Shown here piece after piece: positions 37,342 through 45,711 of a DNA stretch of 64,000 bases (position 1 is the first letter of the stretch; each line of letters opens with the position of its first letter). The position numbers and the translations under genes were made by a program. The stretch lies in sequence record MT833283.1; one strand, given 5' to 3'. Source of the DNA: Escherichia coli phage vB_EcoS_Ace. The notes beneath the pieces are model-generated. The model had not been told where the DNA came from, ran no database searches, and saw only the letters and a program-made list of their open reading frames with translations.

Positions 37342-37418
37342 TGGTAGGGGTGGTGGGATTCGAACCCACAAAACCTGAATTTTAAGTCCAGTACCTATGC
37401 CAATTCGATTACACCCCC
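37342..37418 (-). tRNA. tRNA-Leu (UAA)-like with class I architecture
   Basis: anticodon arm CTGGA-CTTAAAA-TTCAG; A73; only 4-nt variable loop; D-arm atypical. Confidence 0.4.
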
Positions 37419-37426
37419 ATGTAATC

Positions 37427-37768
37427 TTAGCGAATCTCTAAACCCTGGAAATATCGAGGGAATGGAGAGCCAACTTCAAAATTAATACCCCAATTAAGTT
37501 CAACGAGTTCAGATTTATTAAGATCCAGACCATTACCTTCAAAGATATAGCCGTAAACCGCAGGGAACATAGCTGCTAGATCTTCCATATCGGAATGAGC
37601 ATTGTGTTCTTCACGAAACTGCTCAAACTCTTCAAAGAACTTTTCTAGGAAGAACTCTGGTACAATGAACGTTACTACATCTGTGGTATCATCAATACGA
37701 TAGATGGTAGCTTGGAATAGACCTACACCTAAAAGGTTGACTGCCGGAGTTGTAAAAATATCCATTTT
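37427..37768 (-). CDS. acidic hypothetical protein
   Basis: track ORF 37427..37876 trimmed to internal Met that overlaps the upstream stop. Confidence 0.4.
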   Translation of the reverse strand, partial: KMDIFTTPAVNLLGVGLFQATIYRIDDTTDVVTFIVPEFFLEKFFEEFEQFREEHNAHSDMEDLAAMFPAVYGYIFEGNGLDLNKSELVELNWGINFEVGSPFPRYFQGLEIR

Positions 37769-37952
37769 AGCCTCGCTCAATATCAAAAGAAATTGCATAA
37801 TTAGGGTTAATGCCAGAACCTTTACAGGTAGGACATTCCCATTCGTTATAGAAAATGTCCCCAGGTTCAGCATCATTTTGAGTGCCAGAACCCCAACATT
37901 CAGTACACATACATTCTTCTAGCTCTTGAGCAATTTCTCGAAAGCGTGACAT
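37767..37952 (-). CDS. zinc-ribbon protein (61 aa)
   Basis: CxxC...CxxC (CTEC, CPTC). Confidence 0.45.
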   Translation of the reverse strand: MSRFREIAQELEECMCTECWGSGTQNDAEPGDIFYNEWECPTCKGSGINPNYAISFDIERG

Positions 37953-37969
37953 ATAGTCTCCTAATTAAT

Positions 37970-38047
37970 TGGTGGCTCCCGGAGGATTCGAACCTACCTA
38001 CCTTTCGCTTATGAGGCGACGGCTCATACCAAATGAGCTTGAGAACC
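37970..38047 (-). tRNA. tRNA-Met or Ile-lysidine (CAU)
   Basis: anticodon loop CTCATAA; D-arm GCTCA...TGAGC. Confidence 0.55.
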
Positions 38048-38052
38048 AAATC

Positions 38053-38146
38053 TGGAGGAAGATGCCAGATTCGAACTGGCACACCGTGTTTCCACAGCTA
38101 CTGGCTGTTTAGCAAACAGCTCCCTTACCATTAGGGTTAATCTTCC
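38053..38146 (-). tRNA. tRNA-Ser (GCU), class II
   Basis: anticodon arm GCTGT-TTGCTAA-ACAGC; long variable arm; acceptor GGAAGAT/ATCTTCC. Confidence 0.65.
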
Positions 38147-38160
38147 GAATTTATGAATAT

Positions 38161-38189
38161 ATTATACAGAAAATTTCGACATTAAGCAA
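38161..38189 (-). promoter_or_regulatory. sigma70 promoter (TATAAT / TTGCTT) reading into tRNA cluster
   Basis: minus strand; 17-bp spacer; next downstream genes are tRNA-Ser(GCU) and tRNA-Met. Confidence 0.6.
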
Positions 38190-38197
38190 GTGAAATT

Positions 38198-38494
38198 TTA
38201 CTGAACCTTGCACTGATATACTTGTTTGATACGTGTCACTGACTTCTTAGTTGGATTGATAGAAGAACCCTGCCACCAACGTGATTCTGAGCTGAGAACA
38301 GTACCAGGAACAGCTTGTTCTTTTGGCAGAACAATATCAAAACACTGTTCACCCATATTATCTTTAATGTGCGACCAAATGTCTAGAGTAAATCGTTCTA
38401 GCTTATTACAAACTTGAACTTGACAAAGTTCCTGTTGTGGAGCAGCAAATACAGAAGTAGATACTAGAGTCAATGCAAGTACAATGCGTTTCAT
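38198..38494 (-). CDS. secreted protein
   Basis: track ORF trimmed to Met after SD; N-terminal signal peptide. Confidence 0.5.
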   Translation of the reverse strand: MKRIVLALTLVSTSVFAAPQQELCQVQVCNKLERFTLDIWSHIKDNMGEQCFDIVLPKEQAVPGTVLSSESRWWQGSSINPTKKSVTRIKQVYQCKVQ

Positions 38495-38524
38495 ATTTGA
38501 TTCCTCTCTCAAATTTATAAATAT

Positions 38525-38553
38525 ATTATACAGAAATTTTCTATATTAAGCAA
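38525..38553 (-). promoter_or_regulatory. sigma70 promoter (TATAAT / TTGCTT)
   Basis: minus strand; 17-bp spacer. Confidence 0.6.
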
Positions 38554-38571
38554 GTGAAAATTTCTGTATAA

Positions 38572-38591
38572 TAGCCCTCGCTTAGAGGGCT
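38572..38591 (-). terminator. GC hairpin, possible terminator after pnuC
   Basis: stem AGCCCTC/GAGGGCT immediately 3' of pnuC stop; U-tract weak. Confidence 0.35.
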
Positions 38592-38600
38592 ATAGCTACT

Positions 38601-39293
38601 TTATTTGTTAACGCGTACAAAGTATCCTTTATATGCCCCAAGAATAGAGTTACCTAAAAATACTAGCCACATTGCTAGGATTGCATAAGATGCACCTGTA
38701 GATTGAGCAGTTACAAGCCAAATGTATACAGTACCAATGTTAATAGCAATCCAGATCAGCCACTGCTCGGCATACTGCTTAACCATAAGCCACATAGCGA
38801 TCACACTACCTACCGCAGTAAATGCATCCAACATTGGGAATGGATCAGCCGTAGTAGTTAAGAAACTACCATACCCTAACGTGGCTACTGCTAGAATCCC
38901 TAGAGTCAGCAGAGCTTGGACTTTAGTCAGAATCTTAGTTGGAACATCTGGCAGATTACTTGGCTTATTTTTATGCCATAAGTACATTCCATAAAACTGC
39001 ATAGGAACGTAGTATAGCAGGTTTAGTGCAGCGTTACCATAAAGATCTTCGTTTAAAGCTGTAATACCATAGGTAAGAACACCAACTAAGCCCCAAATAT
39101 AGTTAGAAACACGTCCTTTAGCAACCAAAATAACACAAACTACGTTGGTTATCGCAGTAGCCCAATCTAGAGGTGTACCATTATAGTTAGCTAAACTAAT
39201 GAAGGCAACCGCTATGAACAGCCACAGATATTCCAGAGGTTTCCAGTTTTTAAAGTCATTTACGAGATAGTTAGTCATATTAAAACTCTCCAA
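38601..39293 (-). CDS. pnuC: nicotinamide riboside transporter (PnuC family)
   Basis: 230-aa multi-pass membrane protein with PnuC-like conserved blocks; immediately downstream of NadR-like gene. Confidence 0.6.
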   Translation of the reverse strand: MESFNMTNYLVNDFKNWKPLEYLWLFIAVAFISLANYNGTPLDWATAITNVVCVILVAKGRVSNYIWGLVGVLTYGITALNEDLYGNAALNLLYYVPMQFYGMYLWHKNKPSNLPDVPTKILTKVQALLTLGILAVATLGYGSFLTTTADPFPMLDAFTAVGSVIAMWLMVKQYAEQWLIWIAINIGTVYIWLVTAQSTGASYAILAMWLVFLGNSILGAYKGYFVRVNK

Positions 39294-39903
39294 CGTTAAA
39301 GTGATGAATCAGCCAGTCTACTGCGTTTACTGCTTCGTCCATACGAACTTTGTAGTCCGGGGAGTCGATGTACACAGTACGCCCTTCAGGGAACTGATTT
39401 GGAAATTCTTTCTTCATCTGCTCGAACAGTTCAGAAGTAATTGAACGATCGGAGTTAATACGTAAACCATCATCTACCCACTTGACAGTGGGCGCTAGAA
39501 CAATTACTAAATCGTAATGTTCTTCTTTTGCAATTGCTGTAACCACAGGGTTCTTACGATGTTCATAAAGTCTGTGGTAGAACTCAGTAATAAAAGCATT
39601 TGTATCCACAAACATGATCTTATTTGCAGTACGTTCTGCCTCAAACTCTAGCTCTTTGTGTCTGAACGCAATTTTACTATAATCTTCGCTGGTAAGCAGA
39701 TTTTCGTTACCAACTAGATCAACTTCACAATACGTTCGACCATATTCTTCTACCCACGAAGTGTTGTATAGCTTCGCAAGGTATTTTGTTAAAGTAGTCT
39801 TTCCTGAGCTTTCAGTCCCAATGATTACAACCCTACGCACGTAATCTTTACGAACTACGCTAGGAAGAAACTCCCAATACTTCATAAGATCATTACGAAT
39901 CAT
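39280..39903 (-). CDS. nadR: NadR-like protein, C-terminal ribosylnicotinamide kinase domain (part after in-frame TAG)
   Basis: Walker A GTESSGKTT; collinear with E. coli NadR C-terminal domain; same frame as 40117..40335 across a single TAG. Confidence 0.6.
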   Translation of the reverse strand: MIRNDLMKYWEFLPSVVRKDYVRRVVIIGTESSGKTTLTKYLAKLYNTSWVEEYGRTYCEVDLVGNENLLTSEDYSKIAFRHKELEFEAERTANKIMFVDTNAFITEFYHRLYEHRKNPVVTAIAKEEHYDLVIVLAPTVKWVDDGLRINSDRSITSELFEQMKKEFPNQFPEGRTVYIDSPDYKVRMDEAVNAVDWLIHHFNVGEF

Positions 39904-40116
39904 TGTAGCTGAGATTGGAACACGAGTCCGATCAGAATCTACAATATAATGACCAAACTTCGGCAGATATTTCTTATATTCTGCATCATAGTCTAGTTCG
40001 CTAGAGAAAATGGTGATCTCAGGTAAATGTCCGTAATTTTCATTAAGGATTCTAGCATATTCCGGCCAACCATTCGGATATTCAGGAATATCATCTTCAA
40101 TAATATACTCTACCTA

Positions 40117-40335
40117 AACGTGCTCAATATCCGCGTAAGTTTGTTCTAACCAACGAAGACGATTCTTTAACTGTAATACTTCCTGATCACGTGTGTTCTG
40201 CTTATCCAGCCAACGATTATCATGACTAACTACAATAATAACTCGTTCACACATAGTTGCTGCTGTATTTATTAGGTTAATATGGCCACGCGTTAAGGGT
40301 GCGAACTTACCAATTACTAGACCAGTCTTAATCAT
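40117..40335 (-). CDS. nadR: NadR-like protein, N-terminal NMN adenylyltransferase segment ending at in-frame TAG
   Basis: nucleotidyltransferase motif GKFAPLTRGHINLI; start set at Met after SD because the track ATG at 40386 lies inside the promoter. Confidence 0.55.
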
Positions 40336-40365
40336 GTTTGATTCCTCTCTCAAATTTATAAATAT

Positions 40366-40394
40366 ATTATACAGAGAATTTAGCATTCAAGCAA
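40366..40394 (-). promoter_or_regulatory. sigma70 promoter (TATAAT / TTGCTT) for nadR-like/pnuC
   Basis: minus strand; 17-bp spacer. Confidence 0.6.
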
Positions 40395-40598
40395 ACGAAT
40401 TTTTAAACTTTTTAGTGGAAAAATCTCAGGGCATTTAATGGTAGCACGTTGTTGCAGCAACAATAGTATGCGATTCTAAAGAATTAAATACTAAAGACCT
40501 TAGTTGAATAACTTATGGGCTTTTCTTTTGCCTTAAATACAGAAAAGCCCGCGCTCTCGGAGGGAACGCGGGCTTGGTTCGAAGATTACGTGTAACTA

Positions 40599-41543
40599 TT
40601 ACTTGTTACGCATATCCATGATCATTTGACCATCGTAGCCAGTACCAACAACAGTCTGCGGTACACCACCTTGGTATTTTTCAGCACGAAGCATTTCAAC
40701 TTCCAGCTGCTTCCAACGAATCATTTCAGGAGTAATGGTACGTTGCAGCGCGGCGTTAGCTTCAGCTTCTTTCTTAGCTGCGTACAGTTTAGCATCTGCG
40801 TCACGTTCGTTAGCTACTGCCATGTTTTCACGAGCAGAACGATCAGCTTCAGCTTGCTTAACTTTCTGCTGTGCTTCTTGTTCAACACGAGCCAATTCAG
40901 CTTTTGCAGCGTTAACTTGTTCTTCACGAACTTTAGTGTTCTGTACCTGTTCCATGATTACCGGTGGCAGAGTAATATCCTGAAGGAATACTTGCTTAAC
41001 CGTGTAACCATAAGGACGCGCGTACTCTTCTACCTCTTGCTGAATAGCAGTTTGCAGTTGAGCCTGAATCTTAGCGTCGAACAGATCTTGTGCTTTTGGT
41101 ACGGACTTACCAAACTCACGAATCGTAGACAGCATCTTCTCTTCAACGTACTTGTTCAGAGCTTGATCCTGAGTACCTGCGTTAACACGGTTCATAGGAG
41201 CTTTAGCACCATCAAACTGCAACATAACGGTAATGTCAACAGTAGACTTAAACTTATCCTGGCTAGGAACCTGAAGTTTATCCAGTTTCATGGAAATATC
41301 TTTCGTACTAAAAGTATCAAAAGAAGCAAATGGGTTAACAATATGGAAGCCTGGCAGTACAGGGTTCGGGCTAACTTTACCCAGGAAGGTCTGAGTCTTT
41401 ACAGTACCATCCTGAACAACTGTGTAGGAATTGAGAGCCAGAATAAGAGCACCAAGACCAACTACAGCACCAACACCCCAACGTTTAATAGTACGAATTA
41501 CTTTTTGCTCAGAAGTCAGTTCTTTAGTGTTTTTAGTAAACAT
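40599..41543 (-). CDS. SPFH/band-7 (prohibitin/HflK-like) membrane protein
   Basis: N-terminal TM, SPFH-like core, long Ala/Glu/Gln-rich coiled-coil C-terminus. Confidence 0.6.
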   Translation of the reverse strand: MFTKNTKELTSEQKVIRTIKRWGVGAVVGLGALILALNSYTVVQDGTVKTQTFLGKVSPNPVLPGFHIVNPFASFDTFSTKDISMKLDKLQVPSQDKFKSTVDITVMLQFDGAKAPMNRVNAGTQDQALNKYVEEKMLSTIREFGKSVPKAQDLFDAKIQAQLQTAIQQEVEEYARPYGYTVKQVFLQDITLPPVIMEQVQNTKVREEQVNAAKAELARVEQEAQQKVKQAEADRSARENMAVANERDADAKLYAAKKEAEANAALQRTITPEMIRWKQLEVEMLRAEKYQGGVPQTVVGTGYDGQMIMDMRNK

Positions 41544-41554
41544 ATATTTCCTTA

Positions 41555-41755
41555 TTATTTAGAAGAGTTAGCTACTACAGTTACTTTAGTTGCAGAAATA
41601 AACAGGCCAGCATCCACAGCAAATTCAGGAGCTTTGATATCTCCATTATGAAATATGACTATACCGGAGATTACCTCAAATGCTAGTGCTGTAACATCGG
41701 TGGTATTTACTTGTGAATGTTCACCTACTACTTTTACTATATATCGTGTTTTCAT
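41555..41755 (-). CDS. hypothetical protein (66 aa)
   Basis: ORF in track. Confidence 0.4.
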   Translation of the reverse strand: MKTRYIVKVVGEHSQVNTTDVTALAFEVISGIVIFHNGDIKAPEFAVDAGLFISATKVTVVANSSK

Positions 41756-41781
41756 TTTATTTTCCTAACAGTTAATAAAAT

Positions 41782-41856
41782 TGGCCGAGGTGACAGGATT
41801 TGAACCTGCATAAAGGAATTTAGAAGACTCCTGCCTATCCCTTAGACTACACCCCG
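41782..41856 (-). tRNA. tRNA-Arg (UCU)
   Basis: anticodon arm AGGAGT-CTTCTAA-ATTCCT; isolated from main cluster. Confidence 0.55.
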
Positions 41857-41864
41857 AAAGTTAA

Positions 41865-42374
41865 TCATTTAATGACTTTATTCAATTTAGTTTGACTTTC
41901 AACAGCTTCTTTAGCAGATTTCTCAGCATTTTTAGCTGCACGTTGTGCTTTAGAGTCAATCAATAGCTTGTCATACTTGATATTAACGAACTCTTTAATA
42001 TCGTGGTAGAAACGTTGATGTGCCATGTATTCTTGTGCATCTGCGTCATAACAGCGCATATAGAAGTAATCACTAGGCTCTCCGCGAAGTGTACTCTCTA
42101 GAATCTGCGGGCGATAACGACGTAATGTATCTTTCGCCATTTTTACTTCATCAGTTTCTTCACCAAGCTGAACTAGGTGATAAAGACGAGTATTGTCGAT
42201 GTAATCCAAAGCTACGCTAAAGTATTCACCTTCTCGAAGATTATATCCTGTAATCTCACTCATTTTCTCGCGAGCTTGATCAAGTGTCAATCGTTCAGAG
42301 AAATGTGCTATATGCAGAATACGAGGGCAACACATTTCTTGAAGATCAAAGATACAAGTTGTTCCTAGATTCAT
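41865..42374 (-). CDS. hypothetical protein (169 aa)
   Basis: ORF in track; lies downstream of the ~870-nt ORF-free transcribed region. Confidence 0.5.
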   Translation of the reverse strand: MNLGTTCIFDLQEMCCPRILHIAHFSERLTLDQAREKMSEITGYNLREGEYFSVALDYIDNTRLYHLVQLGEETDEVKMAKDTLRRYRPQILESTLRGEPSDYFYMRCYDADAQEYMAHQRFYHDIKEFVNIKYDKLLIDSKAQRAAKNAEKSAKEAVESQTKLNKVIK

Positions 42375-43247
42375 ATTGATTCCTTTTGTTAGGTATTTTT
42401 AAGAACTCTCGAAAAAGCTCTTAAAGATACCCGGCGGTAGGTAGGGTCAGCCCCCTCAGATTAAGCTCTGCAGCCCTTCCGTCAGACAATATCCTCCAGT
42501 TTAAGTCAGGGTGACTTTGTGGTTATGTTCTCCGTATGTGAAGAACTCGGTTAGGCTTAGGTCATGACTCCCAGCCTACTGCTGCCACTCAACAGGAATT
42601 ATCGCGAATTACCTGTACTATTGGGCACCATTAGTGACATCTCTCATGCCAGCATTTCCCACTCTCATATTCACGCGGTCTGGTAGAATCACACCTCCGA
42701 TTTTCGATGCGAAGCTGGATGCCTAGTCTCTATGTTAAACGGGGCACACACTAGGCAGTGATCCCGAGTTCCGAGTTTGGTTGAGGCCGTCAGGTTTCCT
42801 CGTGGTTTAGCTGTTTCGATTCTAACCTAATACTGATCAGGCGGCGTACCTCCTGAACCGTCATAGTATGTACTCCAGCAGCGAATGCTTATCCGGTATA
42901 AGCCCGAGTTATCCGATTCTTTCCGACCGCAGGATTCGAACCTGCATCTTCCACCAGTTACGGTTTAATATTACCGTTTATACTAGGACGGCAGTGTTAT
43001 CACATAAGTCAGTTCGACACCCCACTAACATAAACTAGAGAAGAGTTTACGAGATTTCGGGACAGCTCCCGTGTTTTCCGCAGATTTTCAGTTCCCTATC
43101 AATAGCAATAAGCGTTAGCTCGTAGCCTCTCTCAGAGTACTTACTAGTCTCCAACTCACCGACTCTATTCAGTGGAATAGCTATCCTAGTAGGAATCACT
43201 AAACTCACTCAGCGTAATCGGCTCGCTGTTCTCTACTTTATGAATTT

Positions 43248-43276
43248 ATTATACAGAATTTTGAAGCGTTTAGCAA
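43248..43276 (-). promoter_or_regulatory. sigma70 promoter (TATAAT / TTGCTA) reading into ORF-free region 42375-43247
   Basis: minus strand; 17-bp spacer; no SD/ATG follows. Confidence 0.6.
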
Positions 43277-43284
43277 ACCAATTT

Positions 43285-43728
43285 TTAATTAAATTCGCCA
43301 GCAACCTGAGCAGCAATGCCACCGTCGTAACGACCAGGAAACTCTTCCTTAATCGCTTTCATCAGCATACCCTTTGTAATCCCAGGATTCAGCTTAACTA
43401 ATTCTGCGAAGTATTTGCGAATCTCAGTAGGAGATAACTGAGGCGGCAGATACTGCTGTAGCCATTTGTTCAGTATATACTCATACTGAGCAGACTGCAA
43501 GCTATAATTATCGAGGTCTTGACCGTGAAGTTTAGCTTTCGTATGATTAATGCTTTTCAGTTGAGCTTTTAGATAAGATACAAACTGTTCAGAAGTTATG
43601 AAGTCTTTATCAATACGCTGAAGATCTCCGATTATGGTCTGGTAGCTTTTAGCTACTTCTTTATCAGAACCATCAACCTTAGATTCCTGCAAAACTCTAC
43701 GCAAAACAGATAGAATATTCTCTTCCAT
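43285..43728 (-). CDS. GatB/YqeY-domain protein (147 aa)
   Basis: C-terminal GMLMKAIKEEFPGRYDGGIAAQVAGEF resembles YqeY signature. Confidence 0.5.
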   Translation of the reverse strand: MEENILSVLRRVLQESKVDGSDKEVAKSYQTIIGDLQRIDKDFITSEQFVSYLKAQLKSINHTKAKLHGQDLDNYSLQSAQYEYILNKWLQQYLPPQLSPTEIRKYFAELVKLNPGITKGMLMKAIKEEFPGRYDGGIAAQVAGEFN

Positions 43729-43898
43729 TATTTAATTTCCAGTGCTTGGTTAAAAGATTGTTCTGTCATAACTGCTGAGACTTTGGCGAAATCAAACTTC
43801 TTAGGGTTTGTAGTAATTTCAGCAACGTTAGTAGTTTTAACTGTTTTCGTAGTACGGATACCACGAGTATTAACACCAATAATTACAACTGATTTCAT
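43728..43898 (-). CDS. small protein (56 aa), not in ORF track
   Basis: ATG 6 nt after GAGAGGAAG SD of promoter cassette 43930-43958; stop overlaps next ATG (TAATG). Confidence 0.45.
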   Translation of the reverse strand: MKSVVIIGVNTRGIRTTKTVKTTNVAEITTNPKKFDFAKVSAVMTEQSFNQALEIK

Positions 43899-43929
43899 AT
43901 TTCGCTTCCTCTCATTAATTTATGAAAGT

Positions 43930-43958
43930 ATTATACAGAAATTTAAGGCTTTAAGCAA
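43930..43958 (-). promoter_or_regulatory. sigma70 promoter (TATAAT / TTGCTT)
   Basis: minus strand; 17-bp spacer. Confidence 0.6.
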
Positions 43959-43966
43959 TCGAATTT

Positions 43967-44467
43967 TTAAGTTTTCTTAACCACAGGCTTGTAGAACGTA
44001 TGGCCTTGAATCTTCGTTGTTTTCTTAAACTTCTTTGTCCAGTACGGTTTATCTTTACCACTATGGAAGTATAACGCTCCATGTGTTGGATCTTGTGGTA
44101 AATCAACGTAGTATATCACTCTAGCTAAATTCTTAGCAACTTGCCAAGCCTCATCGGTTTTATCAACTTTTGGTCTCTTGGCCACCCAAGAGAACTGGTT
44201 AGACTGATATACTACTTTACAGTAAGAATCAGGAAAAGTACCAGAGTTAACACGATTTTTAGTAACCTGTGCAACTGCGATCATTCCTTTAGTGCCCTCA
44301 CCACGACTCTCAAAATAGATGTTTTTTGCAATACAGTCTATCTCTTTAGCATCATGTGTGGCATAAGCAGGTAAGCTACTTATAGTAGTGGCCAGCAGGA
44401 GTAATACTTTCAACATAGTATCACTCCTTATACGGCTGGTATAGGGCAAATTCACCGAATAGGTCAA
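43967..44467 (-). CDS. SleB/CwlJ-like cell-wall hydrolase with signal peptide
   Basis: blocks NIYFESRGE, AVAQVTKNRV, SYCKVVYQ..QFSW. Confidence 0.55.
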   Translation of the reverse strand: MTYSVNLPYTSRIRSDTMLKVLLLLATTISSLPAYATHDAKEIDCIAKNIYFESRGEGTKGMIAVAQVTKNRVNSGTFPDSYCKVVYQSNQFSWVAKRPKVDKTDEAWQVAKNLARVIYYVDLPQDPTHGALYFHSGKDKPYWTKKFKKTTKIQGHTFYKPVVKKT

Positions 44468-44945
44468 ACCTTAAATCATTTGCTACATCTACCGCTTCTT
44501 TTAGACTAAGAAAGGTTCCGCCCTCTATAGGCTTTTTATCTTTCTTTACAATAACCCTCCACCCTTGAGGTGTTTTATACACATTTTTATAGCCAGAAGT
44601 ATTGGCCTTCCCAATATCTTTATTAGCATTATTTTGTGAATGAGTGGCGTCTCTGAGATTTTCTATTTTATCGCAGAAAGGATTAGTGTCATGCCTAGTC
44701 CTATCTTTATGATCAACTTGTACTGGTAAGTATCCTTTATGATATAAAAATACTAATCTATGGTGTCTGTATGATTTATTATCAATGGACACTACTATTG
44801 ATTTCCCATCTTTAGCCCCAGCAGGCTTATCCGCCCATTTGGCATTCCATGCAGGGGCTTTATTGGGATTAGCTTTCCAGTACAATCTACCTTCCTCACT
44901 ATTGTAGTGAAATAAGGATAATAGGTTTTCCTGGGTTATTTCCAT
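44421..44945 (-). CDS. HNH endonuclease with AP2-like DNA-binding domain
   Basis: HNH motif (HHRLV...VDHKDR...N...H) plus AP2-like C-terminus; 3' end overlaps SleB-like gene start. Confidence 0.6.
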   Translation of the reverse strand: MEITQENLLSLFHYNSEEGRLYWKANPNKAPAWNAKWADKPAGAKDGKSIVVSIDNKSYRHHRLVFLYHKGYLPVQVDHKDRTRHDTNPFCDKIENLRDATHSQNNANKDIGKANTSGYKNVYKTPQGWRVIVKKDKKPIEGGTFLSLKEAVDVANDLRFDLFGEFALYQPYKE

Positions 44946-44949
44946 TTAT

Positions 44950-45267
44950 TTACTCCTGCCAATCGTACTCAATACGATTGGGGTTTTCTTGATAACCAGC
45001 TGTTTTTAACTGTTGGCGCATATTTTCTGCAGCAACAGAATTGCTGGTGACTAAAACCACCTTTTTAGGGTACAAATCTTTATCTTCTAGGATACGACTT
45101 AACAAATGGTGGCCTTCTACTTTACTACCCATGTCATTATCTAAATAAAGATAATTACCCTGGAGTTGTAACTGATAGAGCATTTCGTACGCTACATCAG
45201 GGTTTCTGATGATGATATCCATTCCATTTAAGTCACGTACATCATCAAACAAAATATGTAAAGTCAT
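44950..45267 (-). CDS. hypothetical protein (105 aa)
   Basis: ORF in track; promoter cassette upstream. Confidence 0.5.
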   Translation of the reverse strand: MTLHILFDDVRDLNGMDIIIRNPDVAYEMLYQLQLQGNYLYLDNDMGSKVEGHHLLSRILEDKDLYPKKVVLVTSNSVAAENMRQQLKTAGYQENPNRIEYDWQE

Positions 45268-45295
45268 AGGAGCCTCGTCTCATCAATTTAAAAAT

Positions 45296-45324
45296 ATATT
45301 ATACAGATAATTAAACTGTTTTGC
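45296..45324 (-). promoter_or_regulatory. sigma70 promoter (TATAAT / TTGCAA)
   Basis: minus strand; 17-bp spacer. Confidence 0.55.
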
Positions 45325-45711
45325 AAATACATTTTTAGATTGAGAGAACTAGTAAACCGATAAACAGCCTAGAGGCGCCACAGGCCATATCTTATGAGCC
45401 ATGTACCTTTGATCTAGGGTTTGAATCATCAACGAATACTTTGCATCTTTTAGCTTTAGAAGGTTAGAAGTTTGAGTGCTTTTAACTTTTCAGCTTTCAT
45501 ACTTGAGCGTTGATCTTTGAAGTTGTGTTGGTACTACCAACGACCTTTTGTTTTTACGTGTCAGATTAAATGTCTGATGTAATAAACATAATCTCCAATA
45601 GATTATACTTTATAGTATGGTCAGCGGTCTTATTTAACCTCGTATTTCAACCGCTGCTGCGAGGTAAGATGCTTGGGCTTTCGTCTACCGATTTACTAGT
45701 CTTTTAAATTA

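Noticed and set aside
30800-38082. Short track ORFs at 30800..30982 and 37900..38082
   Set aside because: They lie across tRNA genes (Ala pair, Met/Ser pair).
40335-40386. First ATG of the NadR-like ORF at 40386
   Set aside because: It lies between the -35 and -10 elements of the promoter; the Met 7 nt after the SD (40335) is the probable start.
40626-41651. 341-aa plus-strand ORF
   Set aside because: Antisense to the SPFH gene and low-complexity (Ser/Leu/Asn-rich); an artefact of the Ala/Glu/Gln-rich coiled-coil codons on the opposite strand.
42929-42945. tmRNA-like gene built on the T-arm in the ORF-free region
   Set aside because: No 5' partner for the 3' acceptor strand GGTCGGA within the promoter-defined transcript; no recognisable tag reading frame.
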